A program made the translations under genes and the position numbers. Positions 1 through 8,902 of a stretch of 32,000 nucleotides of DNA are shown here, in pieces. Within the stretch, counting starts at the first letter, position 1; the number at the start of each line of letters is the position of its first letter. The notes under the pieces were generated by a model that had not been told where the DNA came from, made no database searches, and was given only the letters and a program-made list of their open reading frames with translations. Source of the DNA: Paenarthrobacter sp. Z7-10. GTDB lineage: Bacteria > Actinomycetota > Actinomycetes > Actinomycetales > Micrococcaceae. The stretch is taken from NCBI RefSeq assembly GCF_026932795.1, contig NZ_JADPVH010000028.1, forward strand, positions 7,993 to 39,992. Direction: 5' to 3'.

Positions 1-696
1 GCGGGCGTCATACATCGTCGCAAGGACTCCATCGACCTGCAGGCGCGGATTGAGCCGGTCCTGGACTTTCTCGATCGTTTCCACCAGCAGTGCGACGGCG
101 CGCAGGGCGAAGAATTCGCAGATCAGCGGAATGATGACGCCATGGGCCGCGGTCAGTGCGTTGACGGTCAGCAGGCCGAGGGACGGTTGACAGTCGATCA
201 GCACCACATCGTAATCGTCCTCGACCTTTTTCAGCGCCCGGTCCAGCACCTGCTCGCGGGCCACCTCGTTGACCAACTGCACCTCCGCGGCCGAAAGGTC
301 GATGTTCGCCGGCAGGAGATCGATATTCTCGATTTCGGTGTGCCGGATCACGTCGCGGATATCCACCTTGCGGTCCATCAGCACGTTGTACACGGTCAGA
401 TCAAGTTCATGCGGGTTCGTCCCGAGGCCCGCCGACAAGGCACCCTGTGGGTCGAAGTCCACCAGCAGCACCTTGCGGCCCGCCTCGGCCAGCGCAGCGC
501 CGAGGTTGATCGTGGAGGTGGTCTTGCCCACGCCGCCCTTCTGGTTCACCATCGCTATGACGCGGGCCGGACCGTGCGAGGAGAGCACAGGAGGCTCCGG
601 GAACTCGGTCAGCGGCCGTCCGGTGGGACCCATGACGACGTCGTCAAAGTCCAGGTCTGCGCCTTCCAGAGTTATTGAACCCTGCTCGTTGCTCAC
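1..696 (-). CDS. ParA/Soj-family partition ATPase; the C-terminus lies outside the window
   Basis: The reverse-complement translation from GTG at 696 has no stop codon down to position 1. It reads VSNEQ...ARVIAMVNQKGGVGKTTSTINLGAALAEAGRKVLLVDFDPQGALS...VVLIDCQPSLGLLTVNAL, which contains the deviant Walker A KGGVGKT. This ORF is absent from the ORF track because it is open-ended. The start codon is uncertain (an ATG at about 633 is an alternative). Confidence 0.9.
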   Translation of the reverse strand, partial: MSNEQGSITLEGADLDFDDVVMGPTGRPLTEFPEPPVLSSHGPARVIAMVNQKGGVGKTTSTINLGAALAEAGRKVLLVDFDPQGALSAGLGTNPHELDLTVYNVLMDRKVDIRDVIRHTEIENIDLLPANIDLSAAEVQLVNEVAREQVLDRALKKVEDDYDVVLIDCQPSLGLLTVNALTAAHGVIIPLICEFFALRAVALLVETIEKVQDRLNPRLQVDGVLATMYDAR

Positions 697-877
697 GTAT
701 CAGTCCACACTTTCGCTTCTATCGGGTTTCACCGGTCCTCCCCCAAGGTTACCGCCCCGTGGGTGCGTTCCCGGAAACATTCGGACGCACCGGGTCTTGA
801 GCCTTGACTTTCAACTGGAACCTGAGTGTTCGCCGGATGCGGACCACGATCAGGGAGCGCGCCTATACTTTCAGGTG

Positions 878-1642
878 ATGAGCAAGTCGCGAAAGCCCCA
901 GAAACCGGCCACCAGCGGCTCCCCCGAACGGATTCCAGCCGATCCCGCGCGGCCGGAGCTAATCCGTGCGGAGCGCCTTCAGGTCGGCTACGGCAACAAG
1001 GCGGTCTGCGGCGAAATCGCCTTCAGCCTGCGCCAGGGTGAAGCCCTGGCGCTCGTCGGTCCCAACGGGGCCGGGAAATCCACCGTGCTCAAAACGGTGG
1101 TGGGCCAGCAGGAGGCCATCAGCGGACAGACCCGGGTCAACGGCGAGGAAGCCGACGACCGCAGCCTCGCCTTCCGCCGCGAGGTGGCGATGGTGTTCGA
1201 CGACGACGCATTCTTTCCCGCTCTGACGGTTCAGGAACATCTGGCCATTGTCGCTGCCGGGCACGGAGCCACGGATGTGGAAGCGATGATCGACGCCGAG
1301 CTCGATTTTTTCGGACTCTCCGCCCAGCGCCCTTCGCTACCGCATAACCTGTCCTCCGGCCAACGCCGCCGGATGCTGTTGGCGGCCGCCTTTGTGCGGC
1401 CCCGGTCCCTGCTGGTGCTGGACGAACCGGAGCAACGCCTTGATACCGCCATGCGTGCCAAGCTGGCCACCCGCCTGCGGGCAGAGGTCGACGGCGGTCT
1501 GGGGTTGCTGCTGGTCACCCACGATCCGGCGTTCCTGAGCACGGTGGCTACCCGAGCCATCTTCGTGGCCGACGAGGTGCGCCGGATGACCCCAACCCAG
1601 GCAGCGCTGGCCATCGCCAGCGAGAACCCGCACGCGGGCTGA
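878..1642 (+). CDS. ABC transporter ATP-binding protein
   Basis: This is the internal ATG of track ORF 269..1642 and gives MSKSRKPQ.... Motifs: Walker A GPNGAGKST, ABC signature LSSGQRRR, Walker B LLVLDEP, H-loop LLVTHD. The upstream part of the track ORF overlaps the ParA gene and promoter region and looks non-coding. Confidence 0.9.
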   Translation: MSKSRKPQKPATSGSPERIPADPARPELIRAERLQVGYGNKAVCGEIAFSLRQGEALALVGPNGAGKSTVLKTVVGQQEAISGQTRVNGEEADDRSLAFRREVAMVFDDDAFFPALTVQEHLAIVAAGHGATDVEAMIDAELDFFGLSAQRPSLPHNLSSGQRRRMLLAAAFVRPRSLLVLDEPEQRLDTAMRAKLATRLRAEVDGGLGLLLVTHDPAFLSTVATRAIFVADEVRRMTPTQAALAIASENPHAG

Positions 1643-1651
1643 ACGGCAGCC

Positions 1652-3322
1652 ATGACCTCACACCCCGCTGAATCCGAACGGACGCTGCTCAGCGCCCGGG
1701 AAATCCGCCGCTATACCTTCAAGGTGGGACTCGCCCGATCTGAAGGCGGCATCGGCGAACTCATCTCCGAGGCTTACACCTATGTCTTTGCCGCCATCGT
1801 TCTGGTGGTCATGTCGGGCGCCATCGTTTTGGGGTTGCGCCATTCGCTCGGATTGGGCTCCACCCCCGTGTGGAGCGCGTCAGCGCTTTCCCCCGGATTC
1901 CAGAGTCTCGCCCCGCTGCAGGCCAGCGCCACCTTGATGCTGACGCTGGCCGCGGCGTTGCTCAATGTTCAGTTGAACCTCGGCCCCATTGCCATGACCG
2001 TTCCACAGACTTTTTGGTGGCTGGGGCTGCCGGTACGCCGGCGCGGCTTTATTTCCCCCGGCTTCCTGCGCTCCATGATCTGGCCCGTCGCCGGTGGCAT
2101 TGCCGTCGTGGTGCCGCTGTCCTTGGGCATCGGGTCTCAGTCCTCCCCCGGACTGGTGGCGCTGGCCACCCTCTGCGGGGCGGCCCTGGCCCTGTTCCTG
2201 TACGGAACGGCCGGTTGGGTCCAAATCACCGGACGGGGCCGCTGGCTGGGGACCTTGGCGGCGGCCGTGACCCTGGTGGCCCCGCTCTCACTTGTCGGTA
2301 CGGCCCTGTACAACAATGTCTCCGGCACCCGGGTAGACATGTCCTGGCTGCTGTATCTGCCCACCAGTTGGCCACTGCTCGTGGCCAATGGCGCGCTCTG
2401 GCCGCTGCTGCTGGTCGCCGTCGCCCTGGCCGTGCTGGTCCTCGTCTATGCAAATCTGGAGCGCGTCAGCTCCGCCAGCCTGAGGGCCAGTGCCGTCGCC
2501 AGCGCCTACGTCGCGGGGTCGGTCCTGTCGATGGACGCCAGCGAGCTGTCCAAGTCGCTCAGCAGCGGCACCCGCAGCGGTACCTCATGGATTCGGCTGC
2601 CCCTGGTCTTCCGCAGCGGGAGCCAGACGCGCCGCAGCGTGCTGACGATGCTCAGCGCCCATCTGACCATGCAGTTGCGCCAGCCCACGCGGCTGATACG
2701 GGTGCTGGTGCTGGCGGCCATTCCCGCCAGTCTGGCATCGGTCCAGTTCTTGGGGAACGCGACGCTGATCGCGGTGGTGCTGTATTTCTGTGCGCATTTT
2801 GCTGTCACAGGTCTGGGCGCGGTGGCGCGATTCGCGGCTGGAAACCCCAGCGTCGATGCGTTGATGCCGCTCCCCGCGAAGCTCGTGCGCCAGGTCCATT
2901 ATGTGCTGCCCGCGGCGGGCATGACGCTGTGGATGATCCTGTGCTTCGTGCTCCTGCACGTGCTGGGCGTCGGTTCTTGGACGCTGATCATTCTGGCACT
3001 GCTGGCGGGGCCCGGGTTGGGCGGTGCCACGCTCCGGGCCGCCTTCCGGCCCACCCCGGACTGGAATATGCCGGCCGTCTCCACCGCGATGGGGCCCGTC
3101 CCCACTGGTGCCATCCGCAGCTTCCTGGTGGGCCCTGACCTGACCCTGATTGCACTTCTTCCCACCCTCATCTGCCTTATCTCCGGCGGAGTCCCGCTGC
3201 TGGCTTATCCGGTGCAGCTGGGCCTAAGCCTGATTGGCTTTGGCTGGGGCTGTCGGCTGCGCAAACCAAAGCGCAGCAAGGGCGCAGGCGGTGGCATCCA
3301 GCTGGCGGCCGGTGGTCGCTGA
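1652..3322 (+). CDS. Large polytopic membrane protein of unknown family, probable partner of the preceding ABC ATPase
   Basis: 556 aa, starting 10 nt after the ATPase stop. Many hydrophobic segments are spread along its length (for example FAAIVLVVMSGAIVLGL, WPLLLVAVALAVLVLVY, WTLIILALLAGPGLGG). I recognised no classical permease motif. Confidence 0.7.
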   Translation: MTSHPAESERTLLSAREIRRYTFKVGLARSEGGIGELISEAYTYVFAAIVLVVMSGAIVLGLRHSLGLGSTPVWSASALSPGFQSLAPLQASATLMLTLAAALLNVQLNLGPIAMTVPQTFWWLGLPVRRRGFISPGFLRSMIWPVAGGIAVVVPLSLGIGSQSSPGLVALATLCGAALALFLYGTAGWVQITGRGRWLGTLAAAVTLVAPLSLVGTALYNNVSGTRVDMSWLLYLPTSWPLLVANGALWPLLLVAVALAVLVLVYANLERVSSASLRASAVASAYVAGSVLSMDASELSKSLSSGTRSGTSWIRLPLVFRSGSQTRRSVLTMLSAHLTMQLRQPTRLIRVLVLAAIPASLASVQFLGNATLIAVVLYFCAHFAVTGLGAVARFAAGNPSVDALMPLPAKLVRQVHYVLPAAGMTLWMILCFVLLHVLGVGSWTLIILALLAGPGLGGATLRAAFRPTPDWNMPAVSTAMGPVPTGAIRSFLVGPDLTLIALLPTLICLISGGVPLLAYPVQLGLSLIGFGWGCRLRKPKRSKGAGGGIQLAAGGR

Positions 3323-3565
3323 TATGTGGTCAGCTGATGGCTGGATGCGGGCGGCCGCTGGAAGCTGCAGACGTCCAGGATGATCTTGCCGCGCACATGG
3401 CCTTGCATGCTCGGCCTGCAGGCGTCGCAGCTTCCCGACCTGGGCTAAGGGCTCTGTACCGTTGCGCAGCCCGGGCATAGACTGTCGCTACTTCCCGACC
3501 ATCACCATTCGTTTCCATACTGACGGACACCTTGGGGACAACGTGCAAAGATTCAGGACCGGCTC

Positions 3566-4705
3566 ATGAATGAGGCGGAACGCGTCGTCACCTCTCGAAT
3601 GGGCAGAATCCGGAACACGCTGACGCTGCGCGAGTGGCTCTCCCTTTCGGGGATGGCTGCGTTCGTAGCCTTTTTGCATGTGCTCGGTTGGGGTGTCCTG
3701 CTGGCAATTGTTGCGCCCAGGAATTACCAGGTTGGCTCCACGGCGGTGTTCGGGGTGGGACTTGGTGTCACCGCCTACACGCTGGGACTGCGCCATGCCT
3801 TCGATGCCGATCACATTGCCGCCATTGACAGTACAACCCGAAAACTGATGAACGATGGAAAGCGGCCGCTCTCCGTGGGTTTCTGGTTTTCTCTGGGCCA
3901 CTCCAGCATTGTGTTCGCCCTTTGTGCGTTGCTGGCGCTGGGGGTGCGGGCCTTTGCGGCCGAGGTCGACTCGGACTCCTCCGCCCTGCACGCCCTGCTG
4001 GGGCTGATCGGAACCGGAGTCTCCGGCGTGTTCCTCTACATTCTGGGCATTCTCAATCTGGTTATTCTGCTTGGCATCGTCAAGGTCTTCCGCCGGATGC
4101 GGCAGGGCGAGTTCGACGAATCGGCACTGGAGCGGCAGCTCAACAGGCGGGGCCTGATGAACCGCATCTTTGGCGGCGCCACCCGAATCGTCAGCCGGCC
4201 GTGGCAGATGTACATCGTGGGCCTGATGTTCGGTTTCGGCTTTGACACCGCCACGGAAGTCAGCCTGCTCGTGCTGGCCGGTGGTGCAGCAGCCTTTTCG
4301 CTCCCCTGGTATGCCATTTTGACCCTGCCCGTGCTCTTCGCCGCTGGAATGAGTCTGCTCGATGCCATCGACGGCTGCTTCATGAACTTCGCCTACGGCT
4401 GGGCATTCTCCAAACCGGTCCGCAAAATTTACTACAACCTGGTCATTACTGGTCTCTCCGTTGCCGTGGCGCTGGTCATCGGATCCATCGAGCTCACCTC
4501 CATCCTGGTGGACAAGGCGGGCATTCACTCCGGACCGCTGGCCGCGATCGGCCGAATGGACCTGAACAGCGTCGGCTACGCCATTCTTGCCATCTTTATC
4601 CTGGCTTGGGTCATCGCCGCCGGAGTTTGGAAATTCGGGCACATCGAGGACAAGTGGACCCTCGCTTTAAAGCGGCCCAGCACCGTGGACAGTCCTGACC
4701 TCTGA
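3566..4705 (+). CDS. hoxN: HoxN/HupN/NixA-family (NiCoT) nickel/cobalt permease
   Basis: Carries the NiCoT signature segment LRHAFDADHIAAIDSTTRKL (HX4DH), a second motif FWFSLGHSSIV, and about eight hydrophobic helices. It sits directly upstream of hypA and hypB. Confidence 0.9.
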   Translation: MNEAERVVTSRMGRIRNTLTLREWLSLSGMAAFVAFLHVLGWGVLLAIVAPRNYQVGSTAVFGVGLGVTAYTLGLRHAFDADHIAAIDSTTRKLMNDGKRPLSVGFWFSLGHSSIVFALCALLALGVRAFAAEVDSDSSALHALLGLIGTGVSGVFLYILGILNLVILLGIVKVFRRMRQGEFDESALERQLNRRGLMNRIFGGATRIVSRPWQMYIVGLMFGFGFDTATEVSLLVLAGGAAAFSLPWYAILTLPVLFAAGMSLLDAIDGCFMNFAYGWAFSKPVRKIYYNLVITGLSVAVALVIGSIELTSILVDKAGIHSGPLAAIGRMDLNSVGYAILAIFILAWVIAAGVWKFGHIEDKWTLALKRPSTVDSPDL

Positions 4706-4762
4706 AGCTATTGCGGTTTGCGGTGGAGAAGCCTACATTAAGGGCACGAGGTGGCAAAGCCA

Positions 4763-5095
4763 ATGCATGAACTCTCCATCACACAGAGCCTGGTCGATAC
4801 GGTTCTGGGACGAACAGGCAAGCGCGCAGTCAAGGGTGTCAATCTGCGAATTGGGCGCTTGAGTGGAGTTTTGCCGGATGCCGTACGCTTTTGTTTTGAA
4901 CTGGTATCTGTAGATACTCCGCTGGCCGGTGCCGTCCTGCGGATAGACGAGCCGCAGGGACGCATCCGCTGCCGCAGCTGCCATCGCGATGTAGTGCTGC
5001 CGGACACGCTCCTCTTATGCACCTGCGGCAGCGCTGACGTCGAAGTTACCAGCGGCCGCGAGCTGATGGTCATGTCCGTGGAGGTGGGTTCGTAG
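4763..5095 (+). CDS. hypA: Hydrogenase nickel-insertion protein HypA
   Basis: MHELSITQSLVDTVL is the canonical HypA N-terminus (MHE nickel site). Zinc-site cysteines are CRSC ... CTCG. I prefer ATG 4763 to the track start GTG 4751. Confidence 0.9.
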   Translation: MHELSITQSLVDTVLGRTGKRAVKGVNLRIGRLSGVLPDAVRFCFELVSVDTPLAGAVLRIDEPQGRIRCRSCHRDVVLPDTLLLCTCGSADVEVTSGRELMVMSVEVGS

Positions 5096-5962
5096 ATGTG
5101 TTCCACGTGCGGATGCAGCGATGACGCAGGTGTAAGAATTTCCAGCTTCGATGTGGCCGGGGAGCCGGGCCACTCCCACCCGCACGACGACGGGCACAGC
5201 CACCCGCACGACGACGGGCACAGCCACCCGCACGATGGAGCCACTTCGCAGGCCGCCGGCGCAGCCCAGACACTGCTGCTGGAGGCGAACCTGCTCGCCA
5301 AGAACGACCTGCTGGCTGCGCGCAACCGTGGCTGGCTTGAGGGCCGTGGCATCCGGGCCTTCAACGTGATGAGTTCACCAGGCGCCGGAAAGACCACGCT
5401 GCTGGTCCGCACCATCCGCGAGCTCGGCGGCGAACTGAACATCGCCGTCGTCGAAGGCGACCAGGAGACCTCCCTCGATGCCGAGCGGATCCGCACCACC
5501 GGAAGTCCGGTGGTGCAGATCAACACCGGAGCCGGTTGTCACTTGGACGCGGACATGCTGCATCGCGGTCTTGACGCGCTGAATCCGGAGCCGAACTCGA
5601 CGGTCTTCATCGAAAATGTTGGAAATCTGGTGTGTCCGGCCCTGTTCGACCTGGGTGAGGCAGCCAAAGTCGTTGTTATTTCTGTTACGGAAGGCGATGG
5701 TAAACCGCAAAAGTATCCGCATATGTTCCTGGCAGCCGATTTGGTGATCATTAACAAGTCGGATCTGCTTCCCTATGTCGATTTCGACGTCGATAAGTGC
5801 ATTCTTCAGGCACGGCAGTTGAACCCGCACGTCGACACGCTCGTCGTTTCAGCCACCACCGGACAAGGTCTGGAGGGCTGGTACGACTGGCTCAGGAAAA
5901 ATCAGGATGCGCTGGAAACCCGGCCCGCGGCAGCGACCCTGCCGCTTGGAGCACCGGCCTGA
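5096..5962 (+). CDS. hypB: Hydrogenase nickel-incorporation GTPase HypB with a His-rich insert
   Basis: N-terminal CxxCGC motif (MCSTCGCS), a (GHSHPHDD)x3 stretch, and the P-loop SSPGAGKTTLL. The start codon immediately follows the hypA stop (TAGATG). Confidence 0.95.
   Translation: MCSTCGCSDDAGVRISSFDVAGEPGHSHPHDDGHSHPHDDGHSHPHDGATSQAAGAAQTLLLEANLLAKNDLLAARNRGWLEGRGIRAFNVMSSPGAGKTTLLVRTIRELGGELNIAVVEGDQETSLDAERIRTTGSPVVQINTGAGCHLDADMLHRGLDALNPEPNSTVFIENVGNLVCPALFDLGEAAKVVVISVTEGDGKPQKYPHMFLAADLVIINKSDLLPYVDFDVDKCILQARQLNPHVDTLVVSATTGQGLEGWYDWLRKNQDALETRPAAATLPLGAPA
5168..5239 (+). repeat. Three in-frame tandem copies of a 24-bp unit encoding GHSHPHDD
   Basis: Units at 5168-5191, 5192-5215 and 5216-5239 (ggScacWScca cccgcacgaYgRM), read directly from the sequence. 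Confidence 0.95.
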
Positions 5963-6022
5963 GTTTCCGCACGCAAGCCAACGGAGCCCGTTCCGAACGG
6001 ACGGCTCGCAAAGGAGGCAACG

Positions 6023-7081
6023 ATGCCTACCGCCACTTCAGCAAAGGCCGAAGAGACGCTCATCCACGTGCTGTGGATTAATGCCGGGCTCAGTTGCGAC
6101 GGCGACTCCGTAGCCCTGACCGCCGCCACACAGCCGAGTGTGGAGGAGATTGCCCTTGGTGCACTCCCCGGGCTGCCCAAGGTCGCTATGCACTGGCCAC
6201 TGATTGACTTTGAATGCGGCCCGCAGGAGGGTGCCGACGATTTCCTCGAGTGGTTCCGCAAAGCCGACCGGGGCGAATTGGAACCGTTCGTGCTGGTGGT
6301 GGAGGGCTCCATACCGAACGAAAAGCTGCACGCGGAGGGCGGCTATTGGTCCGGCTTCGGCAACAACCTTGAAACCGGGCAGCCAATCACCACCAGCGAG
6401 TGGCTGGACCGGCTCGCGCCCAAGGCAACTGCGATCATTGCCGCCGGAACATGTGCCACCTACGGCGGAATTCACGCGATGGCAGGCAACCCCACCGGTG
6501 CCATGGGAGTTCCCGACTATTTGGGCTACGACTGGAAATCCAAGGCCGGCATTCCGATTGTCTGTGTGCCCGGCTGCCCCATCCAACCGGACAACCTCTC
6601 CGAGACCATCACCTACCTGCTGTATCAGGCGACAGGCCAATCGCCGATGATTCCCCTCGACGAGGCGTTGCGGCCCACCTGGCTTTTCGGCAACACCGTC
6701 CATGAGGGCTGCGATCGCGCCGGTTACTACGAGCAGGGGGATTTTGCCACCGAGTACGGTTCGCCCAAGTGCATAGTCAAGCTTGGCTGCTGGGGGCCGG
6801 TGGTTAAATGCAATGTGCCCAAACGCGGCTGGATGAACGGAATCGGCGGCTGCCCCAATGTCGGCGGAATCTGCATCGGCTGCACCATGCCGGGCTTCCC
6901 CGACAAATTTATGCCCTTCATGGATGAACCTCCCGGTGGCAAACTTTCCACCACCGCCGTCATGCCCTACGGGTCCACGATCCGCAATCTGCGCCGGATC
7001 ACCACCAAAACGCTGGACAAAGAACCGCGCTGGCGCAAGCCCGGACGCGAGCTGCTGACCGGCGCGAAGCGAACCTGGTAG
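6023..7081 (+). CDS. hhyS: [NiFe]-hydrogenase small subunit, group 1h/5 type, with no Tat signal
   Basis: RBS aaaggagg lies upstream. The protein starts MPTATSAKAEETLIHVLWINAGLSCDGDS, so the proximal-cluster cysteines appear at once with no RRxFxK leader. It also has GTCATYGG and VPGCP motifs. Confidence 0.93.
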   Translation: MPTATSAKAEETLIHVLWINAGLSCDGDSVALTAATQPSVEEIALGALPGLPKVAMHWPLIDFECGPQEGADDFLEWFRKADRGELEPFVLVVEGSIPNEKLHAEGGYWSGFGNNLETGQPITTSEWLDRLAPKATAIIAAGTCATYGGIHAMAGNPTGAMGVPDYLGYDWKSKAGIPIVCVPGCPIQPDNLSETITYLLYQATGQSPMIPLDEALRPTWLFGNTVHEGCDRAGYYEQGDFATEYGSPKCIVKLGCWGPVVKCNVPKRGWMNGIGGCPNVGGICIGCTMPGFPDKFMPFMDEPPGGKLSTTAVMPYGSTIRNLRRITTKTLDKEPRWRKPGRELLTGAKRTW

Positions 7082-7106
7082 TACACCAAGTGAGAGAGGC
7101 AATGAA

Positions 7107-8900
7107 ATGACTTCGACGATTCCGATGCCTGCCAAGGGCGGGACCACCGACGATGGCCTTGTGGAGATGGCGTGGGATCCGATCACGAGAATCGTCGGCA
7201 GCCTGGGCATCTACACAAAGATCGACTTCAAAAACAAGGAAGTGGTGGAGTGCAAGAGCACCTCCTCGATCTTCCGCGGCTACTCCATTTTCATGAAGGG
7301 CAAGGACCCGCGGGATGCCCACTTCATCACCAGCCGGATCTGCGGGATCTGTGGCGATAACCACGCCACCTGCTCGTGCTATGCGCAGAACATGGCCTAT
7401 GGGGTTAAGCCTCCGCACCTGGGCGAATGGATCGTGAACCTGGGTGAGGCCGCCGAGTACATGTTCGACCACAACATCTTCCAGGAAAATCTGGTGGGCG
7501 TGGACTACTGCGAAAAGATGGTCTCCGAAACGAATCCGGCGGTCCTGGCCAAGGCTGAAAACACCCGTGCCCCGCACGAGGGCGAGCACGGCTACCGCAC
7601 CATCGCTGACATCATGCGCTCACTGAATCCCTTCACCGGTGAGTTCTACCGCGAGGCCCTGCAGGTGAGCCGGTTGACGCGGGAGATGTTCTGCCTGATG
7701 GAGGGCCGGCATGTGCACCCGTCCACCTTGTATCCCGGCGGCGTTGGCACCGTCGCCACCATCCAGCTGATGACGGATTACATCACCCGGCTGATGCGGT
7801 ACGTGGAGTTCATGAAGAAGGTCGTGCCAATGCATGATGACCTCTTCGACTTCTTCTACGACGCCCTGCCGGGGTACGAACAGGTGGGGCTGCGCCGGAC
7901 ACTGCTGGGCTGCTGGGGGTCCTTCCAGGATCCCGAATTCTGCAATTTCGCCTACAAGGACATGACGGAGTGGGGCCGGAAGATGTTCGTGACCCCCGGC
8001 GTCGTGGTCGATGGAAAGCTGGTGACCACGGATCTGGTTCGGATCAATCTGGGCATCCGGATCATGCTCGGCTCCTCGTACTACGAGGACTGGAATGACC
8101 AGGAGATGTTCGTAACCAATGATCCGCTAGGCAATCCGGTGGACCGTCGCCATCCTTGGAACCAGCACACCAACCCGAAGCCGCAGCGCCGTGATCTGGA
8201 GGATAAATACAGTTGGGTGATGTCGCCGCGCTGGTTTGACGGCACCGACAACCTGGCACTGGATACCGGCGGCGGACCACTGGCCCGGCTCTGGTCGACG
8301 GCGCTGGCCGGGCTGGTCGACATCGGCTACATCAAGTCCACCGGCCAGAGCGTGCAGATCAACCTGCCCAAGACCGCTCTAAAGGGGCCGGTGGAACTGG
8401 AGTGGAAAATCCCGCAGTGGAGCAACACGCTGGAGCGCAACCGGGCGCGTACCTACTTCCAGGCCTACGCCGCCGCCGCCGCCCTGCACTTCGCGGAAAA
8501 GGCGCTGGAGGAAATCCGGGCCGGGCGAACCAAAACCTGGGAGTCTTTTGAAGTCCCGGACGAGGCCGTCAGCTGCGGCTTCACCGAGGCCGTCCGCGGG
8601 GTGCTTTCCCACCACATGGTGATCCGGGACGGCAAAATCGCCAATTACCATCCCTACCCGCCGACGCCGTGGAACGCCAGTCCCCGCGATGCATCGGGAA
8701 CTCCCGGGCCATACGAGGACGCGGTGCAGGGCCAGCCCATATTCGAGGAAAACGACCGGGAGCACTTCAAGGGGATTGACATTATGCGCACGGTCCGCAG
8801 CTTCGATCCCTGCCTGCCGTGCGGGGTTCACATGTACATGGGCGACGGCAAGTCCCTGGACCTGCTGCACTCACCCACGCAGTCACTCACCGGAGAATAG
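7107..8900 (+). CDS. hhyL: [NiFe]-hydrogenase large subunit, group 1h/5 type
   Basis: N-terminal metal-binding motif TSRICGICGDNH and C-terminal motif SFDPCLPCGVH, followed by a 22-aa tail that would be removed by the endopeptidase. RBS gagagagg at 7092-7099. Confidence 0.95.
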   Translation: MTSTIPMPAKGGTTDDGLVEMAWDPITRIVGSLGIYTKIDFKNKEVVECKSTSSIFRGYSIFMKGKDPRDAHFITSRICGICGDNHATCSCYAQNMAYGVKPPHLGEWIVNLGEAAEYMFDHNIFQENLVGVDYCEKMVSETNPAVLAKAENTRAPHEGEHGYRTIADIMRSLNPFTGEFYREALQVSRLTREMFCLMEGRHVHPSTLYPGGVGTVATIQLMTDYITRLMRYVEFMKKVVPMHDDLFDFFYDALPGYEQVGLRRTLLGCWGSFQDPEFCNFAYKDMTEWGRKMFVTPGVVVDGKLVTTDLVRINLGIRIMLGSSYYEDWNDQEMFVTNDPLGNPVDRRHPWNQHTNPKPQRRDLEDKYSWVMSPRWFDGTDNLALDTGGGPLARLWSTALAGLVDIGYIKSTGQSVQINLPKTALKGPVELEWKIPQWSNTLERNRARTYFQAYAAAAALHFAEKALEEIRAGRTKTWESFEVPDEAVSCGFTEAVRGVLSHHMVIRDGKIANYHPYPPTPWNASPRDASGTPGPYEDAVQGQPIFEENDREHFKGIDIMRTVRSFDPCLPCGVHMYMGDGKSLDLLHSPTQSLTGE

Positions 8901-8902
8901 CG

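Noticed and set aside
762-791. Hairpin ggtgcgttcc-N11-ggacgcacc in the parA/ABC divergent region
   Set aside because: The stem is short with a bulge, and no gene ends here that would need a terminator. It could be an operator, but there is no supporting repeat or context.
142-877. Plus-strand ORFs 142..678 and the N-terminal 200 aa of ORF 269..1642
   Set aside because: They lie antisense to, or overlap, a clear ParA/Soj gene (KGGVGKT motif on the minus strand) and its upstream region. Their translations are Arg/Gly/His-rich with no motifs. Only the part from ATG 878 has ABC ATPase motifs.
3380-3450. Possible Nur/NikR-type operator (ccttgca-N9-tgcagg) upstream of hoxN
   Set aside because: The half-sites are short and imperfect, and they do not match the boxes I remember for either regulator well enough to claim a site.
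3488-4642. 384-aa minus-strand ORF opposite the nickel permease
   Set aside because: This is a typical long antisense ORF of GC-rich DNA. The plus frame carries the NiCoT HX4DH signature and the TM helices.
7102-7110. Mini-ORF ATGAAATGA (M-K-stop) overlapping the hhyL start codon
   Set aside because: At two codons it is most simply a chance arrangement within the RBS-start spacer. There is no evidence of function.
6038-7210. 390-aa minus-strand ORF opposite the hydrogenase small subunit, and similar antisense ORFs opposite hhyL, hhyE and the unknowns (for example 8379..8870, 8887..9495, 9336..10007, 9631..10455, 11326..12567, 11396..12253)
   Set aside because: The plus-strand frames carry diagnostic motifs or are translationally coupled in series. 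The antisense products are low-complexity (Arg/Gly/Pro/Ala) without motifs.
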